From the NCBI RefSeq assembly GCF_009914755.1, contig NC_060928.1: DNA of 64,000 nt. One strand, given 5' to 3'. The position numbers were made by a program, and so were the translations under genes. Origin of the DNA: the human T2T-CHM13v2.0 reference genome, Homo sapiens. Position 1 is the stretch's first letter. Each line of letters starts with the position of its first letter. Positions 17,596 through 32,936 of this stretch are shown piece after piece. Under the pieces are notes generated by a model. That model was not told the DNA's origin and ran no database searches. It saw only the letters and a list, made by a program, of their open reading frames with translations.

Positions 17596-18060
17596 ACAGA
17601 TAGTAGGAACTTACAGAATATCTAGGAGGATTGGAGAAACAGTTTATGACACTACACATTTAAGAACAAGGATTTGCATTTGAAAGGGGCATTCAAAACC
17701 AGAGGTAAATTCTAAGGCTGAGTTCATTAAATACAAGTCATCCTTCCTTCCCATCACCTACCAACACACACATACACACACAACAGTCCTGATTGTGGAC
17801 TCAGTTCCCTGGTGGGAGAATAGGGCCTAAAAAGAGGCACACCTAGACAATCAAAAATCCCCAAAAGTGACAAAAGTGATGCATTTCTGGGAAGTGAGGA
17901 TAAATACTGAGGTTGCTGTTTCCGCTCTCCATGGCAGTTAGCACCTCAGCCTCATAATCCCAAAATTACTAAGGAACCAGTGAAAATATATGAAGCATAT
18001 CACTGATGTGTGAATTGCGTTTTGAAGGAATGAGGGAGAAGGAGCAATGTCCACACCAAG

Positions 18061-18527
18061 TGTGATGGTTAATTTTGTGTGTCAACTTGACTGAGCAATA
18101 AGATGTCCAGATATGTGGTTAATTATTACTGCTATGTCTGTGAGAGTGTTTCTGGAAGAGATTAGAATATGAGTTAGTCAACTGAGTAAAACAGAAGGTT
18201 TTTTCCAACAGGGGTGGGCATCATCTAATCCACTGAGGGTCCAAATAGAACGAAAACTGTTAAAAAAAAAAAAAGGGGGGGTGAATTCTCTTTCTGCCTG
18301 ACTGCTTGAGCTGAGACATCAGTCTTTTCCTTGAACTTGGACTTACACCATCAGAACTGATTCTTAGGCCTTCAGATTTGGACTAGAATTTATACCATTG
18401 GCTTTCATGGGTCTCTAGCTTGCAGATGGCTAGATTACCTCCATAATCATGAGTCAATTCCTTATAATAAATCTCATAATATCAAAACCTACTGGTTTTA
18501 TTTCTCTGGAGAGCCCTGACTAATACA
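18061..18527 (+). mobile_element. MLT2 (ERV-L) LTR
   Basis: 'tgtgatggttaattttgtgtgtcaacttgactg...ctggagagccctgactaataca'. Confidence 0.88.
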
Positions 18528-21258
18528 GCAGTGTAGAGAGAACAGCGGCTATGAGAACAGGGATAGAGAAGAAACAGTAGCTATAGTTAAGATTGGGAGC
18601 AAGGTGTACTAAAACCTTGGAGCAGGGATACCAAGTGCAAGATGTGGGGAAACAAGAACCTTTCTTGGGAATGCACATTAAATATCGGAAAGGCACTGGG
18701 TTTCCTACTTTATCTGATGGGAGTATAGGGGCTTATTTTATTGTTATGGAAGTGATGACTTCAAATATGCAGAAAATTAGGTGACACTAAGTAGTTTATT
18801 CATACATTATCTAATTTTATCTTCACAACACTCTTATGAGGGAAGGTATTACTTTTCTCACTTTATACACAAGGAAACTGAGACTCACAAAGTTTGAGTA
18901 AGTATCAGAAGAAAATAGTATTGAAAGACATGGTCAAGGATTGGTGACATTGGCTCAATGCCAGAACCTCAGCTGCCACATACGGGTCCCTTGAGGGGCC
19001 CACAGTGAGTAAAATTGACAGGTATGTAAGTAACTATAAGTAACATCAGCATAGACATAGGAGCTGCATTAAAGAGAGACTAACAAATGAAAGGAGGGAA
19101 AATGCCTAATTTTGCTAGACCAATCATAGAGGATGAAATTATCATCTTCTTTTTTCTTTTGCCTGTGTTGAGCACCTAATAATTGTTCTGCTCATAAAGA
19201 AACATTAACTCCTAAGCATATACTTTATTTATAGTTAGCAATAGCTTTCTTATTATTAAATAAGCATTAAACATTAAAATAAATACTACTTCTAGTAGAA
19301 CACTTAATGCAAATTATGTAATAAATGCAGACCCATTCTTTCTACAGCATTTAGTTAGCATCCACTTTAAGGTATTATCTAGATAGAATAGATGAACATG
19401 ATAAGACATGTTTCTTACTCGAAGTAAACTTAAAGGTCATCATATGTCAACTCTCATAATTTTCCTGGAAGCTATAATCATTCTGAAACTTACACATTGT
19501 CCTCTGAGCTTTAAGTTAATTTTACATCAAGGTCTGGAATTTTATTTTCAATTCTGTTCTGGGCACTTTTGCTTAGGCAATCATTTCTGTAATTGTCTTT
19601 TTTTTTTTTAGCCTGTTGCTGAAGCCATTTCTCACGGATTTCAACTCCACTAAGTTATTTTAGCTCTAAATTGATTTACATGAGGGAAAGTTAAGAAATT
19701 AGCATCAAGGAAAAAAAACAATTAGCACCTATGATAGGCCAAGCACTGGGCATTATAAAAATAAAGAAGTAGTTTCCTCTCAAGGAAATTATAATCTAGC
19801 AGTGGCAATCAAAATGAAGCAAATGACCATAATATTGTGCAACATATGCTATACTGGAAATAAATGATATTCTATAGGAAAAGGATGAATGTGCAATTAA
19901 TTTTGTTAGAGAGTTACAAACTACAAAAAAAGATTTTTTTTCAAATTTCAATTATTTTATTGCTTATGTTACTTTATACACCCAGTGCCTAGCATATTGC
20001 TGGTACTCAAAAAATATTTTCTGGTAAAAATGTACCCAGGATGATTTTCATGTGTTCCTTTATTCCTTAGTTTGACTGGGGGAAAAAATAGTTTTTATAA
20101 ATATCATTTGAAGAATAACCTTCCAAATTATTTCTGTGCTTATAAATATGAATGTGTATGTATAATATAAATAGGTATGCATAAATAAAAGCAAGAGAAG
20201 CTGTCATTTAAAAGTTGTGAGCTTATTCTAAATCTTTGAGTGAGATGATCTATAACCTTGGACAGATCTTTATCCATACAGAATCATCCATACAGAATCA
20301 TATCACATTTTAGTCATGTGATATATGATAGAATATAAAAGTAAAAAGTTTCTAGGCTTGGCAAAGTAATGCTATCTGGTATGCATAATTCATGTATACC
20401 AGAGAAAAGGTGCTTAAATTCACATTAGGAGAGTGAGAGCTTTCCTGGATGAAAGAGATTGAGAGACCTCCTTATCCCTCATCTTTTTGGATTCAATGCA
20501 AATAGAATATCTCTGCAGCGCTGAAGAGATCCCAGCTAAGGCCAGCTATCTGTAAAGTACATCAAGGGCTCTGAAGAAGTCATTCAAGTTGACAGAAAAG
20601 TTGGTCATGAACTGGTGGCCTTGGCTCAATGCCAGGACCTCAGTTGTAATGAGAGAGGTTAGGTGTCAGCATATCACGGGACTGGAATTAGCATCCCTAT
20701 TCCCAATCACCCTATCACTCTAATTTGGGTGAACTTTAAGGAGGTGATCATATAATTTATCATATAAAACAAGACATTTTTGAGAGTGAAAGACAGCACT
20801 ATTAACTTTTGCTTTGGGAATAATGGCTACGTATATGAATGTCTATCAGAGAAATTTAACATTGGGACCCAGAATAATATGGATGTGTCCCATTTTAGCT
20901 GCTTATAGCATTGGGGGTAGAGGTGATGAATTTTCCTCTCAGCATTGTGAAGAATCAGTGCAGTTTAGTCAATGGCTTGTATGAATGGCAATAGAAGATA
21001 GAGCCTCAGTCAAGCCCAGACATTCCTAGAACAAATCAGAGAGAATGGGACTTCAAAACAAGTGGAGACAGCAGCTGTTTAAGTGGTGGATTTATTTGCA
21101 ATGCCATGTTTCAGATACCTCATGTTTAGTGGCTGACTTAAAACCAACATACCCTTGTCCAGAGCATTTAGTTTCCTACAGTGGTGGTACAGTCCTCTGG
21201 CCTCTAGGAATCAAACTCACTCTCATCATCATTCTGAAGGTTTCAGGCCTTAATGTCA

Positions 21259-21518
<260 letters not shown>

Positions 21519-22386
21519 AAAACCATGGAGTAAATGATATTGCCTAGAGAATATTGTAAAGTATAATATAAAAGACAGGGAAGCTCTAGAAAACACAAAT
21601 ATGTAAAGGGCTATATAGGAGGAGAGAAGTTAAAGATTGGTGGCTAAAATTGTAATAACTAACATTTTTGAGTGACAGCTCTGAGACAGGAATTCTATGA
21701 AGTGTTTTTATAGTATTATTTTATATACTTATTAAATGTTTATTTACATAGGTAAAATGCTACATTCTGTTCATTTGGTTGTTAGAAACAAGACAGGTAC
21801 ATGAGCTATCATAGGGTTTGTATTATCTGGGAAGAAGATATTAAATGACTATTTATACATGAATTTTGATAATTAAAAACTGTTCATACAATTTGACCTT
21901 GAACATCCTTTGGGACCTTGAAAAGTTTGTTTTGCAGATGGCTGTTGGAAAAAAAAAAAAAAAAGCATATAGGCCACACTAGCTGAAATCTCTGAAACTG
22001 CCCCTTCCCATCTGTCCCTCTAGGCACACAGCCTATTTCACTTAATTTACACATAACGACTTTCTAATTGTTGACTTAAGCGCCTTGCATAAGAGGTTTC
22101 CTTAGAAACTGCTTCAGAAACAGTTTAATGTTACAAAAAAATTCTAAACTTAGAACAGAAAATTGAGTGAAAATTAAAAGAAAATAAATTGGTGTCATTG
22201 TTAAAAGAAATGGTATAATTGGACCTATCAACAGTCACCAGCATGCACGCCTGAGCCCCCACCTAAAATTGCTGAGAATTTCTTCTCCTATGTATTCAAA
22301 AGGCTTCTCAAAAGAAATAAAGATTTCCAAGATTTTTTTTTCTCTTTTTCTCATTTGGAAATATTTGCTTCAAAAAAAAAATGAAC

Positions 22387-22497
22387 GAAAGAAAGAAGAA
22401 AGAAAAAAGAGAGGGAAGGAAGGAATGAAGCAAGGAAGGAGGGAGGGAGGGAGGGAGGGAGGAAGGAAGGAAGGGAGGGAGGGAAGGGAAGGGAAGT
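22387..22497. repeat. GA-rich (GAAA/GGAA/GGGA)n polypurine tract
   Basis: Seen directly in sequence. Confidence 0.95.
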
Positions 22498-23236
22498 CTG
22501 CTGCCCAAAGCAGAAACTCAGAGGATTCATACATCCATTTCAAATCTGTTGAATACCTTTTACCCACCAACCACTAGGCTGCAACAACGAAACCACTAGA
22601 TCTCAAAAAGCCCTCTCACTGCAGACTTTGAATTTTTCCCTTCCTTCTAAAAGAGTATTCAGAGCACTGTAGCAAAAACAAGTTAATGTAGCATACACTT
22701 AGATCATATGACCTTGGGTAAGCTACATGAACTCACCGGTCAAGATTTCTTCAATAATAAAACAGAGATTAAAATGGTACCTATCTCAGGGATTTGAAGA
22801 TCATATAAGATAATGCATTGGGTATTCAATGACAGTATTTATGCGTTTCTTTAAACTAAAACATGTATTGAACTCCTACTACGTATCAGGGGCTAGGAAT
22901 GTTGTAAGATGAAGATGATACAGGAATGTTGTAAGGCTAAGAATGTTGTAAGAAGAAAGACGAAGATGATACAGATGGTGATCTCTTTTTTCTTTTTTAG
23001 TCTGTGCTAGCATGGTTGGTGTCTTTTAGAGCTCACAGTTTTGTCCTCATAAATGACTCTGCCATTTGCATTTATACGGACAAATTTATTGTTTGGTAAA
23101 GGATGTATTTAAAAGAGTAACAAAATTTGAAATACAAATAATAGATATATACTGATTGGGCTTAATAGAAAAATGAACTGAGAGTTTTTTTCTAAATGCT
23201 GGAACTCCATCTTTATATTTAAAAATAAAAATGGGG

Positions 23237-23825
<589 letters not shown>

Positions 23826-24798
23826 TAGTTAAGTAATATTTTAAAAAATACATATCACAATTCCTTCAATTCTTTGTCTAGAGGAAGAATTCAAAATACA
23901 GAGCATTTTCTGGCTAACACTGGAAAGAGAATTTTGAGACCTTGTCTGTTTTTTCCTTTGTAATCCTCAGCTTCAGCCCCTCCACACTTTAAACCTTTAA
24001 CTGGAAACCTTTCAAAACTGATAAAGTATGCTGTTAACATTCATGAAATGAAAACAGTAAAACAGTTCTCAAGTGAAGGCAACGTGCCCCACCGACAAGG
24101 ATTTCACTATAATATAATTAGAAATAGTAATTCTTTCTTTCTCCATTGTAGACAGGAAATCACTAGCATAACAAGTAGTGGCTTCAGATTTACTTAAAGA
24201 TAACACGTGAATGAGTTATCCAAAAAGAGTTTGTCTCCCTTAATGATTAACACATTTTATGACAGTCCTTCAAATGATGGAGAAATACTTCCCAACATCA
24301 TATTGCCTTCTGTAGTTCCTGCACATAAAATATCCCTTTCCCTGATGCAGAATTTCTTTCACCCTTTTTTTCTTTGCTCCTTTGCCAACTGTATTTTTAT
24401 AGATGTTCTCCATCACATTTAACTTTCAATGTGAGTGCTGCTGTCTGAGGAAGCAAAGAAAAGAAACTCTAAGATGAATATAATTTGAATGTGTGAAGGG
24501 AGAACTCTTGGAAGAAGAAAAGAACGTTCTTAACTGGTATACGTAAGTGTACGACTCTGTATTCTATATGATTGAGTATACAAATATATAAAATATAATG
24601 TTCAGTTTTACGTGGATAACAAATAGTAAGCTCAAGTACTTATTTGATATAGATTTTAAACTAAGAAAAACCATTCTACACTTTTTAAATGTCAGAAGAA
24701 ATGAATTGTTAATAAGCTAAAGACAAAATCACAAGGTTTAAAAAAAATGGCTCAGATATTCACAAGCCCTCTTATCTGTCTCTCATCTCATTCTCATT

Positions 24799-25114
<316 letters not shown>

Positions 25115-27314
25115 TCACAAGCCCTCTCATCTGTCTCTTCTAGTTTCGTATACACTGTTAGTGTTACATAAAATCTATTGTGTTATAATGTGATCCTGTG
25201 TTCCTAAAATTTAGTTATCCAAATTCATGCAGTAAAAACAATTGTTTCAGTGGAGGAAAAAGAGATTGGGGGCAAGAGAGTTGCAAACTCAACAATAAAT
25301 TTAGTTTTCCTGCAAGACTTTCAGTAATAAAATTGGCTTCTTAATGAGTTTAAGTACATAGCTATAAATGAAACTTACAGTTCTTGATAATGACTCAAGA
25401 AAGAGATCTTGCTTTCATATTATTGCACTAAGATTAACACATTATTTCTGAGTTTTATAATGTTTTTTATTCATTTTTATGAAGAACAAACATCAACAAC
25501 AGATATGCTACTGCAAGCCAAGAATTATTTTACCCCTATATTCTGGATGCCAGTTTTTCATTATGATTTCTTGCATTACAGCCATGTGTTCTATGTAATA
25601 TAAGTCATATTCTTTTATTAATCATTACTTTTTAAGTAAGGAAAAATGGCATTTTTTTCTCAAAATGAGTATTAGCAAAAGAGTTAAAATATAAAAACCA
25701 TAAACTCACTGATAAGGTCTCTCCTTCCTCCACAATGACCACAAGATTTAAGAATATGGAAGGTACCTATATGCGAGGACATTTTAAGTGCTGCTCCTGC
25801 TTGGGACTGGGAACAGAGCATATGATAACTATTCTCTTTCTCAAGGGGTAATCTATAAATCATTATCAGTAGACATCTAAAAAGGTATTATGATACATGT
25901 AATTTGCTCTAAAATAGTTCAGCAAAGACAATGTAGTATTTAAATTAATACGCCAGTGAGTTTAAGTTTCCACTCTAATGTAAGAAATTACTCTATAAAG
26001 GAGTAAGGATACTTACTCCAAGGATAGTTAGCAGGTATTATTTCAGAAAGGTCACACTCCGAGGGGGGCACTGCAGGCATTTTGATTAGCCTTATCTCTT
26101 CCGTCAACAGCTCAGACTTCACTAACCAGCACAGGAAGTATCAGAAATGGCTTTTATTAGCAACTTCACTGGTTTGTTATTTAGCAAGATAGATTTCAGA
26201 AATAGGCTCGAGGTATTCAGGACATGAATTAGCTAAAATATTTTCATGATTTTTCCTAAACATACTTGAACAGAGTCTACGAATCTTGGAAGCTTCTGTC
26301 CTGCACCCTTATAGGTAATGATCAGGCTTGATCCTTAAAAGTCCTCCTTTGAGCTCTTGGATTAGGAGGAATTTCAGTTGCCTTGTTCTTACTTCTGTAT
26401 TGATATATATGGTTCCTCAAAAAAAAAAAAAATCATTCTTGTAATGAAGTGGCCAAAGCATCTAAAAAGACAGAAGACTGGGACTTCATCAAGCTTACCT
26501 AACAAAGTATATAAACAGCTGTGTCTCTATTTGCCAAAATATCTGAATGTATGGCATTTTTGGTTTAAGAACTACTTTCATTATGACCAAGTAGCCAGGT
26601 CATAGGAGAGTAACTTAGAACAAAAAGTTCCAACAAAAAGTGCTATAGGTGATTTAAGACTGGTCATATGTAATCTCAAAGTTTATGTCCTAGTCCCAAG
26701 CTAAGTTTCTATATGGTACTGAATAATATCTTATTAAAAGAGAAATTATATTTATTCTTTTAATTCTGCTGAGGGCAGCTTAGAAGGAGTAAGGGATGAG
26801 TGAGCTTGGGAAAAATAGATGGCATATAGTTAACTGCTGCAGTAGTTCTTGGACTAAAAAATTTTGAAAACTACGGCTCCAGAGGAATTTTCTGGTTCTT
26901 CTGCCTCCTTTGGATGACAATATTCCCAGAATAATAATTTATCCCACGGATAAGGCAAAAGAATGGTGAACAGAGAAGCACAGAAAAACAACTTGAGGAG
27001 ACAGATGACAAATTCATCAGGTGAAGGATGATTTTTTAAATTTGAGCCTGAATTTTCAATATCTCTTAGTTTCCAAATCATCTATACTCTAATGCTTATA
27101 AGAAATGGGAACATCATGTAATTGAGTGAAATTAACTGGATGTAATCCTGGTGGATTGGAAAGCACATACCTTATCTAAAACAAGAAAAGCTTCCCAGTT
27201 CCTGTCAATAGCAGCCAGGTTGAAGCATGGGTCAGATCTTCCCATTTTTCTAGAGAATTCCAAAATACATATTAAATAGGAAATCTCCTAAACGTTGCAG
27301 GTTTACTATTAATA

Positions 27315-27870
27315 CTGCTGCAGGAAAGGATTAACTCAGCAGGTCTGGGTTGTCCACATCCTACCCATTCCAATGAAAGGTTGCCTGGTTCCTGGAATGT
27401 AATCTCTAAAGCCTTGGAATATTTTGTTCAACAAGAGTATTTTGTTTACATAAGGGTCTTGGACCACACCAGACAGTCTATACTAAAATGTAATTAGTGT
27501 TGGGGCTTTGGACCATGTGGTATCTGCTTGAGCTCTAGAAGAGCTGGCGACAAATGTCAGGCACACAGCCAGTCACCCATAGTTTTGTGATCAACCAACA
27601 AAAACACTGCATGTCAAAAATCAGGTGAGCTGCCCTGGTTAGCAATATTCCCTGTATGTTATCATACTTTGTTGTTGGCAGAGGACAAGTAGAAGAAGCT
27701 TGTGCCTGATGTTCCCTGAACTTTACCCTATGAACTTTTTCCATTGTTGATTCTAATCTGTATCCTTTTGCTGTAATAAGCCATAATCATGAATAAAATA
27801 GCTTTTCTCTATTCTGTGAGTCCTCTACCTAATCATTAAACCTAAGTGTGGTCATAGGGAACCCCAAATA
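27315..27870 (+). mobile_element. ERVL-class solo LTR (MER77/MER21-like)
   Basis: 'gaaaggattaactcagcaggtctgggttgtcc...ttctaatctgtatccttttgctgtaataag...ctgtgagtcct'. Confidence 0.65.
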
Positions 27871-28589
27871 GAAACACTAATGTTTAAGATACCAGATAGA
27901 ACCAACTACATGGGGCATATTTGGGTGCAGATCATCAGTTTGGAACTTCCGATCTCTAATTCTAGCTCCCTGTGCCGAGGTCAGTGTTAGAAATAAGCAA
28001 ATGCCAATGTTGAAGCAGAACACTGATGCAGAGTAGGCACAGGGGAGTTTTTGATTGACTTTAGGGGAAAGTTTAGGGAAAAAATTCTGGGGAATTTAAA
28101 CTGGGTTGAACTCACTGGAAATTAACATTTGTCTTCTTCGGGTAGACACTGAAAGGATATCAGGGTTTTTGTAGCCTTAAATTTAATACAGAGACCAAAG
28201 TTATATATTTAATTCTAAAATTTGCCTCTAATTCTTCTTTTGTGTGTTGATTCATAAAAATATGTGATGTTACTATTCATGTCACTGCTGCTTAGTTACT
28301 TCTTTCTGGGCCTTAAAAAAGATGTGAATAATAGTAATCCTAAGATTCCACAATAGCAACTTAAGCAAAAACTGGAAATAACAACATAAAAATAGTGAGA
28401 AATCAACTTAGTTAGCTCAATTTAACAAATGTTTCTTGAGCATTTAATGTCATTCCAAAACCTGTGTGAGGTTCCAGAGAGACACAAATAAATAAGACAC
28501 AGTCTTTGTCTTAACAAAACTTGGAGAATCAGGAGGGAAGAAAATGTTCCATAGAGAAAGCAATGCTAGTTCAACTATAAAACACTGTA

Positions 28590-29874
28590 GAGTAGTCCTC
28601 CCCTTATTTGCAGTTTTGAATTCCATGGCTTCAGTTACTTGTGGCCAACTGTAGTCTGAAAATATTAAATGGAAATTTCCAAAAACAAACAATTCATAAG
28701 TTTCAAATTGCATGCCATCCTGCGTATCATGATGAAATCCCATGCCATCCCTCTCCAACCTGCCTGGGTTGAATCTGGACATGAATCACCCATTTGTCCA
28801 GTATACTGTCTACTCTACTTACTGGTTACTCACAGTAGCCATCTTGATGATCAATCAGATCGACTGCTGTAGTATCACAGTGCTTGTGTTCAAGTAACCC
28901 TTATTTTATTTAATAGTGACTCCAAAGTGCAAAAGTAGTGATGCTGGCATATTGTTATTGTTGTGGCTTTTGTCGTTGGGCAAGTGGGAGGGAATGACAC
29001 CCAAAGGCTTTTTCTCTCCTGTTGCTTGGTGAGAGGGAAGTAATGGTGCCCAGCAGCTTCTTCGTTCCTGTACTTCAGTGAGCAAACGAGAGGGTTACAG
29101 CTCTTTTATTCCCACTGGCTGCAGCTTGGTGAGCTGGTCAGGATCATCACAGCTCTATCCCTTTCACAGTTCGGCAATCAGGAGGGAGGGTTACAGCTCT
29201 TTCATTCGTGCCACCAGCAGCTCTGTAAGCATTACAGCTCTTTTGTTCCCACCACCTGTAGCTCAGTGAGTTCTGGGATCTTCTCCCATGACCAAGAGGA
29301 ATAAAGTATGCAGGCACTGGAGAGTGAGTAAGGCAGGGAAGAATTTTATCAAGTGACAGAAGGAAAGCTCACAGCTGCCAGAGGGGACCCTGAAAGTGGG
29401 TAGCCATCTGTGAGGCTGAGTCTGGGGTTTTTATGGGCTTAGAATGGGGAAGTGCATGTGAATTGGTCAATGAGTAGTCTTGGAAAAGGCACCATTCAAC
29501 TGGTTAAAAGGCATCATCCAGAAAGAACCAATTGAGAGAGAGTGGATAAGACGGGCATAGAAGTTCTCACTCTGGTTGTGGACTCTACCCTGAACTGGCA
29601 GCTGAGTTTTCAGGCTTTAAACTCTCCCTGGTTTGAAGATTGGGTTTTGCCCAGGGACTCATCCCTGCCTACCTAGGAATTTGTCTGTCTCCTGTTGCTA
29701 TCATTATGATTGTTCTATTGTATTGTTAGTTATTGCTGATAATCTCTCACTGTGCCTAATTTATAAATTAAGCTTTATCAAAAGTATGTATGTATAGGAA
29801 AAACATATACAGAATTCAGTACTAGTTGAGGTTTCAGGCATTCACTGGGGGTTATAGCTAAGGGAAGATTACTG
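28590..29874 (+). mobile_element. MER44 (Tigger7-derived) DNA element interrupted by an LTR
   Basis: TIR-like ends '(c)agtagtcc..cccttat' and 'ggaagattactg', TA flanks; homologous to 54850-55543. Confidence 0.85.
28959..29703 (-). mobile_element. ERV1 solo LTR (MER52/LTR27/LTR28-like)
   Basis: TG...CA; minus-strand start TGATAGCAACAGGAGACAGACAAATTCCTAGG; 4-bp TSD ttat at 28955-28958 and 29704-29707. Confidence 0.8.
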
Positions 29875-31202
29875 TATTCACATTTTTAAAATCTGTTCCT
29901 TTCTCCTTTATCCTCTGGAAATGGGTAAATGTTTTTTTCACCTATCTCAAAGTCAACTAGAACAATCTCAAAGATTATTTTGAGCTTATCATTCTCATTT
30001 CTAAAGTAACCTAAATCAGGTTGGTTTGCAGACTGTGGCATCTTTCTCAAAAGCTGGTGAATGTTTTGAGCTGGCCCTTGACTGCCTTCTGAAAGATGGA
30101 GGCAGCACTATTGCTCATCAGATTGTTGTCTTCACTGCTCACCCTGACTCCTTTTTCCTAGTTTTTAGTTATTTTGTTACTCTCATGTCCAGAACTTTAT
30201 ATCACACCTTTTCAGTCTTAAAAAATATTATTGAAAGTCTCATCCATCATCTCTTTTCCAGGAGATAAAGTATCAGTCTCTTCCTGAGGCTGCAAAGTAG
30301 ATAAATCAGTTATAACTTTGGCCCAACATAAGAAGCAGTTCTTAGGAAAGGTATCAGGTTGGAAGAATACAAATGAGCTGTTAGGAGGACTTGAGAAACT
30401 GTTGTTGCTGCTTAGGGAATTTGGCAGTACAGTGTCATTATAAGCAAATATGTTATGCATGTCATTCCATAGTGAAACAGTTTTTGTAAAAGGCACAGTA
30501 GCATCTGGATATCTCTAAAATTCTTAAGGTACAGAAAACAGAATAATTAAATAAGCAATAAGATGTCATCCTGTGGGGGAGGAACTTATATAAGAGAAAC
30601 TACAGCATTACACATACTATCTCTATTCCATGACATACATTACTAAATTATGTAAATTTCATTTGGACCTCAGAGGAAAGGGAATCTTTACTATTCATTA
30701 TACTTATCAGTAAAATAGAACATCTGCTTAATTTTCCTGTTGTTCTGTAAAATGAATTTATCTTGCCCTTTCCTTTTACATTAAGGACAATTACCAAATG
30801 AACAAATGTATAAAAGTTACATAAAAACAATCTACTAGAAGTATGTTAATTTATTGCTTATAAAATACCATAATATAAAAAAAGTTGCTGAAGACAATAG
30901 CAACAAATGAACAAGATGGAAGGAATAACAGGGAAACAGAATACCCAGCATTTGTTCAAAAGGGAGACATTTTTTTCAACCAATTTAACTTAAAAATCGG
31001 AAGCCATTTTAACCTCCAAAATAGCTTTAACCTCCAAAAATAGCATGTTTTACTTCTTCTCCAAACAAAACTTTGATGTTCTAATTCTGTTATCTTCTGT
31101 AAAATAAAATCCACTCAACATTTTATCTTATAGTACCTCTGCATTGTCTATTGGCAAAAGAGTAACCATCTAAGTACAATGTTCTATTTTTTTCTTCAGA
31201 GT

Positions 31203-31555
31203 CTATGATGGTTAATTTTATGTGTCAATTTGGCTAGGCCATGGTGCCCATATATTTGGTCACACATTATTCTTGATGTTTCTGTGAAGGTATTTTTTGG
31301 ATAAAATTAACATTTAAATCAGAAGATTTTGAGTAAAGCAAATTACCCTCCAAAATGTGGGTGGGTCTTATCCAATCAGTTGAAGCTCTTAACAGAACAA
31401 AGGCATACCTCCCCTGAGCAAGAAGGAATCTGCAGCAGACTGTATTTGGATTTGAACTTCAACCGCTTCCTGGATCTCCAGCCTGCCAGCTTACCCTGTA
31501 GATTTTGGATTTACCAAGCCTTCACTGGTTCTGCTTCTCTGGAGAATCCTAATAT
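31203..31555 (+). mobile_element. MLT2 LTR, internally deleted
   Basis: 'tatgatggttaattttatgtgtcaatttggctagg...ggttctgcttctctggagaatcct'. Confidence 0.8.
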
Positions 31556-31800
31556 ATATTAGGATAATATAATACATAATATATAAATAATATATTAGTT
31601 ATAACTTGTATTTAATATATAAATACTATAATATATTAATAATTATTATGTGTAATATATAAATAATATTCATAATTTAAATTTAATAACAATTTAAAAA
31701 TCAGTTTATAGTACATTAATAACACAAATTATATATAATTCAGATAACAAGGAGTAAATATGTAATTATATATATTTATATACTTCTTGTTATCTGAATA
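31555..31800. repeat. AT-rich low-complexity tract ending in a palindrome
   Basis: Seen directly in sequence. Confidence 0.85.
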
Positions 31801-32936
31801 TATTCAGTTAGTAAATTCAGAAAGGAGAATACAAGTAGTGAAGAGAACCTATATTTGAACCAGGATAAATCTTAGAAATCATCTAATCCCCTGGTGTTTA
31901 TTTTGTAAAAGCTATGCAGCTATTTTTTGAAATGAAAAATGATACAGAAGCCCATTGTATAAAACAGATAAAAGAACTACACTAATTAAAACAGGAATAG
32001 GCATACAAAAGCTCCCCGTTTTTGACTCTTGACTTCTTATTACTGGAGCAAATCTGGAACTTCCAGGGAGGATCTAGAGTTCTACAGCATGCAAACACTC
32101 CCTTGAATTGCAGATGTTAAAAGATAAATCCTGAAAGCAAAGGGAAAAGATCTGCCCAAGGTCCCAGTACAAGGTATTGGAAATTTGAAGACTGAGCTCA
32201 GTTCTCCTACTTTTCATATAATACAATATTCTTTTTGCTATTTCCCATTGTCCCTCAAGCTTTGTAAACTTTACAATGTTTTCTAATTAAGAAACTGTGA
32301 AATTAGGTAAATCTAGAAGTTGTATCTACATTGTTTAAGAAATGCTATATTTCCAAAGATGGGAATAATAAGATGATTTATTTGCATTTGTAAAAGTTGA
32401 GAAGTGCATAAACCATGAGTGAGGACAAAGCTGAAGATACTAAGAAATTGACATGACAAAAATATAAATAATTAAATATATTATTTAAATCTAAAAGGTT
32501 ACAGTAATAAAGTATGAGAAAATTTAGTAACCAGGCAAACTGCTATAAAAGGCACATCACATTTTTCTGTGTTAATTACAAGTCTGCAGTGAAAAAGCCC
32601 CATGTTAACTTAGTTCAAAGCCACTTTCTACTTGAGTTAACACTTAATCAGGGTCTCAGTGAGGAAGAAGAGTCAGCAAATTAAAGAGTATGATCTATAT
32701 GCACTCCTAATGTGCAAAGTATATACTTCTATAGAGTGTATACCACATTATGGTCTACTAATGCCCTCTAAGTACATTGTTTTCCTTGTTTATTTTAGCT
32801 TAGATCTTTGTTACTTTACTATAAACTAGCTTGTAAATTGTTATTAAATTTAAATTATAAAATTGTCATTAGTCAAAAGTATAAAAAATGTAAAAATCAA
32901 GTCTCATTAGTACTTTCACAAGCTGATGTATTAGTT

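Noticed and set aside
20271-20300. Short tandem duplications (also near 6820, 31007 and 63283)
   Set aside because: 14-19 bp slippage events, expected background.
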